A stretch of DNA of 64,000 nucleotides from a virus: UHGV virus genome UHGV-0332176; one strand, 5' to 3'. Positions 56,400 to 64,000 of this stretch are shown piece after piece (the first letter of the stretch is position 1; each line of letters starts with the position of its first letter). Made by a program: the position numbers and the translations under genes. Below the pieces are notes generated by a model. That model did no database searches, was not told where the DNA came from, and saw nothing but the letters and a program-made list of their open reading frames with translations.

Positions 56400-57110
56400 A
56401 TGGAGATTATAAAAATGAATTTATTTAAAAAATTAACAAATAGTTTATTAAATCTATTTAACACAATTGTTTCAATTCTAACTTTTGGTTTTATTAAATT
56501 AAATAAATCTATTAGAAAAGAATTTAATGTTGAACTATTAAAAGCACAATTATCTGATTTTGAATTAAAAAGAAAAGAAAATTATGATAAGTTAGTTAAT
56601 GAGGTTCAGGAAGCAGCAGTTATTGAAAAGAAATTACAAACTTTGAATAATGAAAAAAATAATCTTTTGAAACAATTAGATGATGCTAAAAATAAAGATG
56701 ATAAAATTTTATTTACAAAATTAGCAACAAAACTTAAAGTTAAAAATGAAATTATCAAAAGCAGAGAAGATGCTTTATGCACAAGAAAAACAACTATTTC
56801 TGATATTGAAAAAACTAATGATAATCTTGAATTGGAAATTGAAAAAACTAAAGGGAAGATTGAAATTTTTGAAGCTAAAAAAGAAAATGTTGAAGTTAGA
56901 AAAGAAAGCAATAACATTAAAAGTACATTATATTTGCCCAATGGAACTGATTCATCCTTAAATATTAATGAAATTAACGAAATGTATGATGATGAGATTG
57001 TTCGTGAAAATGCTAAATCAGAGTTTTTAGAACAATTTGCTCCAACTATTTCTAATGAATCTTTTACTTCTATTGAAGAAATGGAAAAATTTTTAGAAGA
57101 AAACAAATAA
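56400..57110 (+). CDS. Hypothetical coiled-coil protein with N-terminal TM segment
   Basis: ORF with a GGAG RBS. The heptad-rich middle has a KEKNE-type composition. Confidence 0.5.
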   Translation: MEIIKMNLFKKLTNSLLNLFNTIVSILTFGFIKLNKSIRKEFNVELLKAQLSDFELKRKENYDKLVNEVQEAAVIEKKLQTLNNEKNNLLKQLDDAKNKDDKILFTKLATKLKVKNEIIKSREDALCTRKTTISDIEKTNDNLELEIEKTKGKIEIFEAKKENVEVRKESNNIKSTLYLPNGTDSSLNINEINEMYDDEIVRENAKSEFLEQFAPTISNESFTSIEEMEKFLEENK

Positions 57111-57113
57111 TAA

Positions 57114-57141
57114 TTTTAGGGGAGTTTAAACTCCCCTAAAT
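57114..57141. terminator. Perfect palindrome TTTAGGGGAGTTTAAACTCCCCTAAA (hairpin/possible terminator)
   Basis: A 26-nt palindrome that is GC-rich for this genome. It lacks a clean T-run. Confidence 0.4.
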
Positions 57142-57155
57142 ATAAGGAATACAAA

Positions 57156-57572
57156 ATGTTACATAGAGAATTAATTTCCAAATTAGTTAAAAATTTAACA
57201 AAATCTTCTTTTAATGAAAAATATCTATATGAAAAATTAATTCAATATAAACTCGCCTGTGCAAAAAATAATTTTGATTTTAATGTAGATTTAACGAAAT
57301 ATTTTAATTCATATGAATTAAAAGAAATTTTTGATAATTATAAATTCAATCAAAATACATTTGAATTTAATAAGTGGTTTTCTAAAATTTTTAATATATC
57401 TATTGAAGAAAAAGAAAAACATAAATGGCAATCATATTTTATCATTACATTAATAATTTTGTTTTTTACTATTTTTATCGGATGTATGTTTTTATTTTCT
57501 GAATGGATTATAATTTTTATAGGAATATTTACAACTTTCTTTTTTATGATAATGGAGTGGCTAAATGAATGA
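57156..57572 (+). CDS. Hypothetical protein with C-terminal double TM
   Basis: ORF whose C-terminal 45 aa are hydrophobic. Confidence 0.45.
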   Translation: MLHRELISKLVKNLTKSSFNEKYLYEKLIQYKLACAKNNFDFNVDLTKYFNSYELKEIFDNYKFNQNTFEFNKWFSKIFNISIEEKEKHKWQSYFIITLIILFFTIFIGCMFLFSEWIIIFIGIFTTFFFMIMEWLNE

Positions 57573-57936
57573 ATATGATTTTATAAAGAAATTAGAAGAA
57601 ATATCTTCAAAAAAAATAACAGAAGATAATAGTAATTTAAAAGATGTTTTAACTAATATTATTACTATATTAAAAGAACATTCAGAATATATGAATAATA
57701 TTAATTCAGCTTTAAAATGTTGTGATTTAATTGGGATTGATGATAAATTATATAAAGTAATTAGATATTTGTTAGATTATTTAATAACGCCTGAAGCAAA
57801 TGAATTAGTTGATTGGTGGCTTTATGAAGATGTTAATCACGTGTTATATTCATCGGAAACAAATGAAATTACTGATGATTTAAATAAAATTGAAGATTTA
57901 GTAGATTATATCTTAAAAAATTATCCAGTAAAATAA
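57565..57936 (+). CDS. Hypothetical protein (123 aa)
   Basis: ORF that overlaps the previous gene by 8 nt. Confidence 0.45.
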   Translation: MNEYDFIKKLEEISSKKITEDNSNLKDVLTNIITILKEHSEYMNNINSALKCCDLIGIDDKLYKVIRYLLDYLITPEANELVDWWLYEDVNHVLYSSETNEITDDLNKIEDLVDYILKNYPVK

Positions 57937-57944
57937 AAAATCTA

Positions 57945-57996
57945 TTGACAATTAATTTCTCTATGTTATATTTACAGCATAGAGAAATTATTTTTA
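57945..57996 (+). terminator. Terminator hairpin overlapping TTGACA-16-TATATT promoter
   Basis: TTGACA is at 57945-57950. The hairpin is TTCTCTATG-11 nt-CATAGAGAA, followed by ATTATTTTTA. Confidence 0.5.
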
Positions 57997-58013
57997 TATG
58001 AAAAGGATAAAAA

Positions 58014-58268
58014 ATGAAAGAGTTATTAAGAAAACTTAAAGAAATTGGTATTTATATTAAGAATGGAGCAGTATTTTCCATTAATCAGATTAAAAAACAA
58101 GATGAACCAACAAAATGGGCGATGGTAGGTGTTGATATTTATGTTTGGTTGATTATATGTGGGTTTTTTATGGAGTTTGTTAAATTTGTTTTTTGTGGTT
58201 TTGTTATTTATTTTTTGATTTATTATGCACTTAAATTAGGCGAAACACATTTTAAAAAGAAGGAATAA
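58014..58268 (+). CDS. Small membrane protein (84 aa)
   Basis: ORF with a hydrophobic core WAMVGVDIYVWLIICGFFMEF...FLIYYAL. Confidence 0.45.
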   Translation: MKELLRKLKEIGIYIKNGAVFSINQIKKQDEPTKWAMVGVDIYVWLIICGFFMEFVKFVFCGFVIYFLIYYALKLGETHFKKKE

Positions 58269-58272
58269 AATA

Positions 58273-58569
58273 ATGGTGAATTCTTGGGAAGATTTTGTTA
58301 AACTTCTTGAAGATAATTGCGACAAATTTAATTTTACAATTACAAAATTTTGGTTAGATAAAGAACAAGGTTGGTATGAAGAATATATTGAAGTTTTTAA
58401 ATTAGGTTGTTGTCGTTTGTTTATTAATAATGAAAATAAAGAAGTTTGTGTTGTTGAACATATGGGTGATAGGATTACATCTTATGAATTACAAATAGCT
58501 TTTAATTGTGACTATAAAAGATATATTCAAATAATTAATGCTATTTTTGATATTGATTTGAAAGGTTAG
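58273..58569 (+). CDS. Hypothetical protein (98 aa)
   Basis: ORF with no motifs recognised. Confidence 0.4.
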   Translation: MVNSWEDFVKLLEDNCDKFNFTITKFWLDKEQGWYEEYIEVFKLGCCRLFINNENKEVCVVEHMGDRITSYELQIAFNCDYKRYIQIINAIFDIDLKG

Positions 58570-58573
58570 TAAA

Positions 58574-58873
58574 ATGAAAGCAATTCGTTGTTATTTAATT
58601 GATAATGATTTAACTGAATTATGTGAATCACAATCAAAAAACTGGTTTGTTAGATATTGGGTGTACAACGGATATGCTTATAGTTGGACTAAATGGCAAT
58701 CAATGGGACAACTTAAAAATATTAAAAAATATTTGTGTATTTGGGAGAATCTAAATGGTAATGAAATTAAACAAAGAAAAATAGAATTAGAATTTTCTAA
58801 TAGAGAAAAGTTTTCTATTATGTTAAAAGATAAACAATTAGTTAAAAATTTTAGGTGTAGATTGCCTTTTTAA
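58574..58873 (+). CDS. Hypothetical protein (99 aa)
   Basis: ORF with no motifs recognised. Confidence 0.4.
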   Translation: MKAIRCYLIDNDLTELCESQSKNWFVRYWVYNGYAYSWTKWQSMGQLKNIKKYLCIWENLNGNEIKQRKIELEFSNREKFSIMLKDKQLVKNFRCRLPF

Positions 58874-58890
58874 TAAAAGGGAGAAATAAA

Positions 58891-59592
58891 ATGTTACTTG
58901 TTGATAATTTTGATAAAGTTAAAAATGTTGTTCAATGGAAGCCTGAACAAACATATTATAAATTTGTTGCTTTAATAAGAGCAAAAGATTATAAAGATGG
59001 AGAAAGACCTGTTTTGCTTGATAAAGAAAAGCAAGAATGTTTTGTTCGTCAATGGCTTGTTGATAGTGAAGAATATTTTGACCGTGTTAAAGAAGATATG
59101 AAAACAGTTGTTGAAATGTTTAGGTGTCGTTTATATATGACATTAGATAGAAAATCAACAATGAAAACTTTAATAGCTGCTCGTGATGTTGTAAATCGTC
59201 AATTAGATTCTTATCTTGGAGTTAAAGAACCACAAGTTTCAGTTAAAATGTTTAATAAACTTGTTCCATCGGTAACTCAATTAGCTGAATCTTCTGACCG
59301 AGATGGTCGTAGATGGATGTTTGATGTTGATACAAAAGATGTTAATGTTTTAAATGTTGTTAAAAAATTATGCGGAACAGATTATCTTGAATCTTTTGAA
59401 ACGAAAAATGGTTATCACGTTGTTGCAGATAAAAAATTTGATGCTAATGGAAGATTATTTTGCTTAAAAAATAATGGAAAATTAGCAAAATTTAATGATT
59501 CTTTATTTAATGAAAATGAAAAAAAATTGTTAAGAGAATCAGAAGTTGAAGTTAAAGCTAATTCATTAGTTCTTGTTGCTATGGGGGCATAA
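58891..59592 (+). CDS. Hypothetical protein (233 aa)
   Basis: ORF with a GGGAGAAA RBS. Confidence 0.5.
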   Translation: MLLVDNFDKVKNVVQWKPEQTYYKFVALIRAKDYKDGERPVLLDKEKQECFVRQWLVDSEEYFDRVKEDMKTVVEMFRCRLYMTLDRKSTMKTLIAARDVVNRQLDSYLGVKEPQVSVKMFNKLVPSVTQLAESSDRDGRRWMFDVDTKDVNVLNVVKKLCGTDYLESFETKNGYHVVADKKFDANGRLFCLKNNGKLAKFNDSLFNENEKKLLRESEVEVKANSLVLVAMGA

Positions 59593-59963
59593 TGATAAAA
59601 CTTGGTAAAAAATTTCAAAAAATGATACCATTATATGAAATGTTTGCTAAAGAATTTGCAAGTGATAACATTGATTTTAGTGATAAAGCAAAGGAAGATA
59701 TGTATCGTTATGAAACATATGGAGAAGGTTTTGTTGATGAAAGAAATGGTTATTTTTTAGGAAAGAAAATTCTTAATTTACAAGTAACATCTTGGAAAGA
59801 AGATATGAGAAATGGGCTATTATATTTTTTTGAATTATATGAAGATAAGAAATATCCTCATTGGTGGCTTAATTCTGTATTAAAGGGAAGTATACAGGAG
59901 TTTTGGTTAAATAAAAATCCCAATACTCCTGTTTATAGATATATTGATGGATTTTTAAAATGA
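59592..59963 (+). CDS. Hypothetical protein (123 aa)
   Basis: ORF with an ATGA overlap. Confidence 0.45.
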   Translation: MIKLGKKFQKMIPLYEMFAKEFASDNIDFSDKAKEDMYRYETYGEGFVDERNGYFLGKKILNLQVTSWKEDMRNGLLYFFELYEDKKYPHWWLNSVLKGSIQEFWLNKNPNTPVYRYIDGFLK

Positions 59964-60289
59964 ATTTTGATAATGAACTTATTAAATTATATAAAATTAA
60001 ATTTGATATATCTATTTGGAAGAAAGAAAAATTAGTATGGTTAAATAATTTTATTATTCCTAAAAATTTACAGCATATGCACATTGGAACAAAAATAATG
60101 GAGCAATTCTGTCAATGGTTAGACATTAATCAATATGATAGTAAATTATTAGTATCTACTTGTTATGGAACACCTGAAGATATTTTAATTGCTTTTTATC
60201 AAAAATTTGGTTATATTATTGAAAAAAGTAAAACAAAAAATTTATATATGATACGGAGATATGTTAATGCCAATAGAAAATTTGTATAG
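59960..60289 (+). CDS. Hypothetical protein, weak GNAT acetyltransferase-like C-terminus (AFYQKFGY)
   Basis: ORF; the motif resemblance is weak. Confidence 0.35.
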   Translation: MNFDNELIKLYKIKFDISIWKKEKLVWLNNFIIPKNLQHMHIGTKIMEQFCQWLDINQYDSKLLVSTCYGTPEDILIAFYQKFGYIIEKSKTKNLYMIRRYVNANRKFV

Positions 60290-60683
60290 TTTTAAATCAG
60301 TTGTTAAATTTAGATTTTATGATAAAAAAGAAAATAAATTGTTATATCCTGAAAATACTTCAACAGGAAATGATATATTTTATAATGTTGATGGAGAACG
60401 TAAAACAATTGGTTTTTTATTTTTATTTCCAGAGAGATTTGAACCAAATCAATTAGTATATATTGATGGAAATGTAAATGTTTATGAAAATGATATTATA
60501 CGTTATATTGATGAAGATGGTGAAGATACTGATTTTGAAACAATAGTTAGAGAATTTGGTGAAGTTGAATTAATAGATGGTTATGTTGATTTTGATTTAA
60601 CTTTTATTAAATATATTAATGAAATGGGGTTAGGTTTTTTTGTTGCAGGAAATGTTTATGAGGTTAAAGATGAATTATGTTGA
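60261..60683 (+). CDS. Hypothetical protein (140 aa)
   Basis: ORF with no motifs recognised. Confidence 0.45.
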   Translation: MLMPIENLYSFKSVVKFRFYDKKENKLLYPENTSTGNDIFYNVDGERKTIGFLFLFPERFEPNQLVYIDGNVNVYENDIIRYIDEDGEDTDFETIVREFGEVELIDGYVDFDLTFIKYINEMGLGFFVAGNVYEVKDELC

Positions 60684-61029
60684 TATGATTTATGCTATTG
60701 ATAAAAGAGCTAAAGAATTTATAAAATCTATGGAGTATTCTAATTGGGAATATCAACATACAACTATTTTAAATAATATGATTATAATTACTATTGGAAA
60801 ATCATTTTGTTCTGAATGGTGCGAAGAAACATTTGAAATTTTACCAGAAGAATTTAATTCTGAAAATGGTATTCAAATGTATATTGATAGATTAAAACAA
60901 GAAGAAATTGAAAAACAAAAAGAATTAGAAAAATCTAAAAAAGCTATTGAAGAACGAAATAAACAATTAAGATATGAAATGTATCTTCAATATAAAAAAG
61001 AATTTGAAAATGAGGAAAATAATGAGTGA
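60670..61029 (+). CDS. Hypothetical protein (~119 aa)
   Basis: Start set at the ATG after a GAGG RBS. Confidence 0.4.
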   Translation: MNYVDMIYAIDKRAKEFIKSMEYSNWEYQHTTILNNMIIITIGKSFCSEWCEETFEILPEEFNSENGIQMYIDRLKQEEIEKQKELEKSKKAIEERNKQLRYEMYLQYKKEFENEENNE

Positions 61030-61405
61030 TTATAAAAGACATTATATGTGGAATAATTCAGATTGGAAAGAATTTTTAGATTATCAAAATGAAAGATGCC
61101 CTTATGCAGGTGATTTTTCACGAGTAGTTAGAAAAAATTTTGACCCTTTATGGGGAACAGGAATTTCAGAAGAAGATGAAGAAAATTTACCAGAATTTAC
61201 TGTACAGATTAGTGGTACAAAGACAATTGATTGTACAGGATATATTACAGTTAAAGCATTAAATGAAGAAATGGCTTCGGATATGGTTAAACAACAAAAA
61301 ATTAATTTTGATGATATTGATTGGTGTGATGATAATGGAACTGAATATTATAATGATATTGATGTAGTTAGTGTAGCAAGAACTTTATATAATGGAGATT
61401 TTTAA
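61022..61405 (+). CDS. Hypothetical protein (~127 aa)
   Basis: Start set at the ATG after a GAGGAAAA RBS. Confidence 0.4.
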   Translation: MSDYKRHYMWNNSDWKEFLDYQNERCPYAGDFSRVVRKNFDPLWGTGISEEDEENLPEFTVQISGTKTIDCTGYITVKALNEEMASDMVKQQKINFDDIDWCDDNGTEYYNDIDVVSVARTLYNGDF

Positions 61406-61728
61406 TGAGTTATGAAATTGTCATTGGACAAACTAAATTATTTGGAGATAATCCTATTTTTAAAGAATTTAATCCATCAGTGGATATTACTGTTGATTTT
61501 AGAAATAGGGATATTTATGAATTTTTTATGCATAAAGTTTTTGCAGATTATAGACGGCAAGTTATGTCTAATATTATTAATCTTCAAACTAATCATCATA
61601 TTTTATTGAAGTTATTAGATAAGCATCCTGAATTAAATGATGAAGTTATTGATATTATTAATAAAATAGATAAAGAAGAATTAAGTGATGAATTTTTTAA
61701 TAAAATTTTGCCCAAACCTGAAATTTAA
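61405..61728 (+). CDS. Hypothetical protein (107 aa)
   Basis: ORF with an ATGA overlap. Confidence 0.45.
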   Translation: MSYEIVIGQTKLFGDNPIFKEFNPSVDITVDFRNRDIYEFFMHKVFADYRRQVMSNIINLQTNHHILLKLLDKHPELNDEVIDIINKIDKEELSDEFFNKILPKPEI

Positions 61729-61736
61729 TTATTTTT

Positions 61737-61770
61737 AAAGATGCAATAATATTATTGCATCTTTTTTTTC
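61737..61770 (+). terminator. Intrinsic terminator
   Basis: The 28-nt perfect palindrome AAAGATGCAATAAT/ATTATTGCATCTTT is followed by TTTTTTT. The tool TTG start at 61755 lies inside it. Confidence 0.6.
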
Positions 61771-61781
61771 TTTGTTTCATA

Positions 61782-62318
61782 ATGGATATACTTATTATGG
61801 AAAAGGAAAAGAGAATGGATAAAGATAAGTTAGTAGAAAAATATAACTGGGATAATAAGTTTAGTACACGATTTAAACTTACAAATGGGCAGATGTTAAA
61901 GTATATTCCAGATAATATTTTTATGGTTGAATTGCCTGATTTAAAGGTGGAAAATTATGCAGATATGGGAAATGAAGATAATGTTGTATCTGATAAAATG
62001 TTAATATTAACATTACGAAGCACTAAAGATGGTTATGTTGAAAAAGAATTATATGATATATTAATGCATACTTCTTTTGATTTTGAATTATCATTATCAA
62101 ATCCAAATAAATGTCATTCAATTTATAAAGGTTGTTCAGTTGAAAAAGTTAAATTTTCACCTTTATTAAATAGACCAAATAAAGCAAACCCATTTAATTT
62201 AATTGTATATATTACTGTTGAACAAATTAATTATTATGCTTCTGATGATGTATTATCTTTTGGAACATTATCAAATCAATCTATTGGTAATGACAACGAA
62301 GGAGTTAATAATGGTTAG
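61782..62318 (+). CDS. Hypothetical protein
   Basis: The start is uncertain. ATGs at 61782, 61797 and 61812 are all possible, and 61812 has the best RBS. Confidence 0.4.
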   Translation: MDILIMEKEKRMDKDKLVEKYNWDNKFSTRFKLTNGQMLKYIPDNIFMVELPDLKVENYADMGNEDNVVSDKMLILTLRSTKDGYVEKELYDILMHTSFDFELSLSNPNKCHSIYKGCSVEKVKFSPLLNRPNKANPFNLIVYITVEQINYYASDDVLSFGTLSNQSIGNDNEGVNNG

Positions 62319-62823
62319 TAAATATAAAATTTTAATAAATGATGAAAAAGATACAATTTTAATCCAATTAGAAGACAAAGAATTTGAAAAAGTCATTGCT
62401 AAAGTTGGTAATATAGGTTTTAATTCTAATAAAGAATTAGAATTTGATATGGAATTACCAAAAGGTATGGAAAGTTATTATGAAAGTGAATCATTTTGTA
62501 ATAAAATTCAAGAAGTTGTTGGGGATATTGTTTTAAAATCTGTTAATTATGAATGGTCAGCTGCTGAAAAAGCTGTATTATTAGATTTGGAATCAAAAGT
62601 AAGACAGGCTTTTAAACCATATAACTTAGAACCAGAAGAAAATTCTTCTTTCATTGAAATGTTTGGAAAAAAAGGTTATGTTATTTCCGAAGATGATGAT
62701 GACCGTTTAACAGCTATTAAAATTAAAAATAATAAAACTTATTATTTTGATATGCCTGAACAATTGGCATTTTTAAAGAAAGAATTAACAGGAACGGGTC
62801 TTATTTTACTTGGAGAAAAATAA
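62311..62823 (+). CDS. Hypothetical protein (~170 aa)
   Basis: Start set at the ATG after a GAAGGAG RBS. Confidence 0.45.
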   Translation: MVSKYKILINDEKDTILIQLEDKEFEKVIAKVGNIGFNSNKELEFDMELPKGMESYYESESFCNKIQEVVGDIVLKSVNYEWSAAEKAVLLDLESKVRQAFKPYNLEPEENSSFIEMFGKKGYVISEDDDDRLTAIKIKNNKTYYFDMPEQLAFLKKELTGTGLILLGEK

Positions 62824-62824
62824 A

Positions 62825-62905
62825 ATGGTAGAATATATTTTAATTATTTTATTATTTCTATTTGTTATTGGTTTAGTTTTAGAACGTTGTTTAATTACAT
62901 TTTAA
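62825..62905 (+). CDS. Possible 26-aa hydrophobic micro-protein MVEYILIILLFLFVIGLVLERCLITF
   Basis: The ATG overlaps the upstream stop (TAAAATGG). The peptide is a single TM-like helix that ends just before a terminator hairpin. Confidence 0.25.
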   Translation: MVEYILIILLFLFVIGLVLERCLITF

Positions 62906-62915
62906 TTTCTGTTAA

Positions 62916-62950
62916 ATAAAGCATAATATTTTGATATATTATGCTTTATT
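62916..62950 (+). terminator. Hairpin/terminator
   Basis: The repeat AATAAAGCATAATA-7 nt-TATTATGCTTTATT. Confidence 0.45.
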
Positions 62951-63000
62951 ACTATAAAAATAATATAATAAATACTTTTATATTGATAAAAGGAAAATAA

Positions 63001-63510
63001 ATGAATCTATTTTTATTACAGCAATATCAATTTATTAATGATATATATAAAAATGAAAATTATTTAGATGTCTTAATGAATATTGATGATTTTTTTGATA
63101 TTCTTAATGTGTATGCTTTTCCAAATTGGTTTGATGCTGAAATAGTTGAAGTAAATTTTTTAAGACATTTTACAAATATTATTTTAAAAACACCACGAGA
63201 TAAAAAACCTCATACAAAAGGAAGTGTTTTATTATCTAAGTATGATTGTTTAGTAAAATATAAACCATCTTATGAATATTTGCCAAAAGAATATAAAACA
63301 GAAAAAGATATTAAATATAATACTCGTACAGGAAAATATGAACCAATAATGGAAAAAAAGGATATTTGGTTAGTTGACATATTAATTCCAAATAAACATA
63401 TTATTAATGATAACATTTACGATTTAGATGCAATTCAAAAGAAATTAGATGATGAAAATGAAACAAATGATAATGTTGAATCAGTTGTATCAAATGGTGA
63501 TGAAATTTAA
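63001..63510 (+). CDS. Hypothetical protein (169 aa)
   Basis: ORF with a GGAAAA RBS. Confidence 0.5.
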   Translation: MNLFLLQQYQFINDIYKNENYLDVLMNIDDFFDILNVYAFPNWFDAEIVEVNFLRHFTNIILKTPRDKKPHTKGSVLLSKYDCLVKYKPSYEYLPKEYKTEKDIKYNTRTGKYEPIMEKKDIWLVDILIPNKHIINDNIYDLDAIQKKLDDENETNDNVESVVSNGDEI

Positions 63511-63519
63511 GGATATAAA

Positions 63520-64000
63520 ATGAAATTATATGAAGATTTGAGAGAAAATGATTTAGCTAATTTAATATCTTCTTATATAAGTATAGATGAATATACTTCT
63601 AAAATTGATGAAGATAATATTACTGTTGCTTTATTTGTAAATGAATTAGATGCAGCAGAAGAATTGGAAGATTTTATTGAAAAATATTATTATATTGAAA
63701 TTCGTGATATTGAAATTTCTGATTCATTAACTGATGATAACAAATATATTATTTTCGTTGAAGTTGAAAGGAATGATAATTTTCCCAAAATGATTTTAGA
63801 TATGATTGATACTATTAATTTTGTCGCAGATAATAAAGGATGGAATTTTTCAACATATCAAATGAATGAACCAGTTGAATTATCTGAAGAAAATATTAAA
63901 AAATATGTTAGATTGAATAAATTAAGAGATACGGCTAATATTGATACAGATGAAACAACAGTTGAAGAAAATTATAAACCTTTTTTAATTAATGACAATG
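63520..64000 (+). CDS. Hypothetical protein, 5' part (runs past window end)
   Basis: The ATG at 63520 follows an AAGGAT RBS. The frame stays open to the end of the window. Confidence 0.4.
   Translation, partial: MKLYEDLRENDLANLISSYISIDEYTSKIDEDNITVALFVNELDAAEELEDFIEKYYYIEIRDIEISDSLTDDNKYIIFVEVERNDNFPKMILDMIDTINFVADNKGWNFSTYQMNEPVELSEENIKKYVRLNKLRDTANIDTDETTVEENYKPFLINDN

Noticed and set aside
57114-57141. Calling TTTAGGGGAGTTTAAACTCCCCTAAA a high-confidence intrinsic terminator
   Set aside because: It is a perfect GC-rich palindrome but lacks a clean downstream U-run. It was kept as a low-confidence hairpin and could equally be a protein-binding site.
1-64000. tRNA genes (T4-like phages often carry tRNA clusters)
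   Set aside because: Scanning by eye for GC-rich 70-90-nt islands with GGTTCGAATCC-like T-arms found none. All the GC-rich palindromes seen are short terminator stems. A tRNAscan run would be needed for certainty.
1-64000. Prophage integration or transposable elements
   Set aside because: No integrase, transposase or recombinase ORFs were seen, and no long terminal inverted or direct repeats. The only candidate mobile element is the HNH endonuclease gene.

Overview
This window is an AT-rich (roughly 27-30% GC) segment of a large T4-like myovirus genome. The anaerobic-type nucleotide metabolism suggests a low-GC anaerobic host.

Contents by region:
- (a) 1-5000: a minus-strand late block with the 5' end of a probable tail-tube gene, a 1036-aa tail sheath, and a gp17-like terminase that carries only the ATPase domain.
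- (b) 5-21 kb: DHH phosphoesterase, NrdD/NrdG anaerobic ribonucleotide reductase, NUDIX hydrolase, several large hypothetical proteins, a tandem pair of small membrane proteins, and ThyX.
- (c) 21.1-26.9 kb: an operon of three paralogous radical-SAM/SPASM enzymes bracketing a gene whose product ends in a CxxxC-repeat cysteine tail. This is the most unusual feature: a candidate phage-encoded protein/peptide cross-linking system (RiPP-like).
- (d) 27-46 kb: NAD-dependent DNA ligase, HAD phosphatase, a regulatory intergenic region with three dyad repeats, UvsW-like helicase, HslV-like peptidase, Hjc-like resolvase, a gp25-like baseplate block, and SbcD ... GMP reductase ... SbcC.
- (e) 47-51.6 kb: an island of five DNA methyltransferases.
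- (f) 51.6-64 kb: HNH endonuclease, an Rnl2-type RNA ligase with an N-terminal OB-like extension, and many small early-type hypothetical genes.

Regulatory syntax visible in the sequence:
- Host sigma70-like promoters built around a recurring CTTGACAAAT motif, often overlapping the preceding gene's terminator hairpin.
- T4-type TATAAATA late-promoter motifs upstream of structural genes.
- Numerous perfect-palindrome, rho-independent-type terminators, several of them bidirectional between convergent genes.

No rRNA, tRNA, CRISPR array or integrase/transposase was recognisable by eye.
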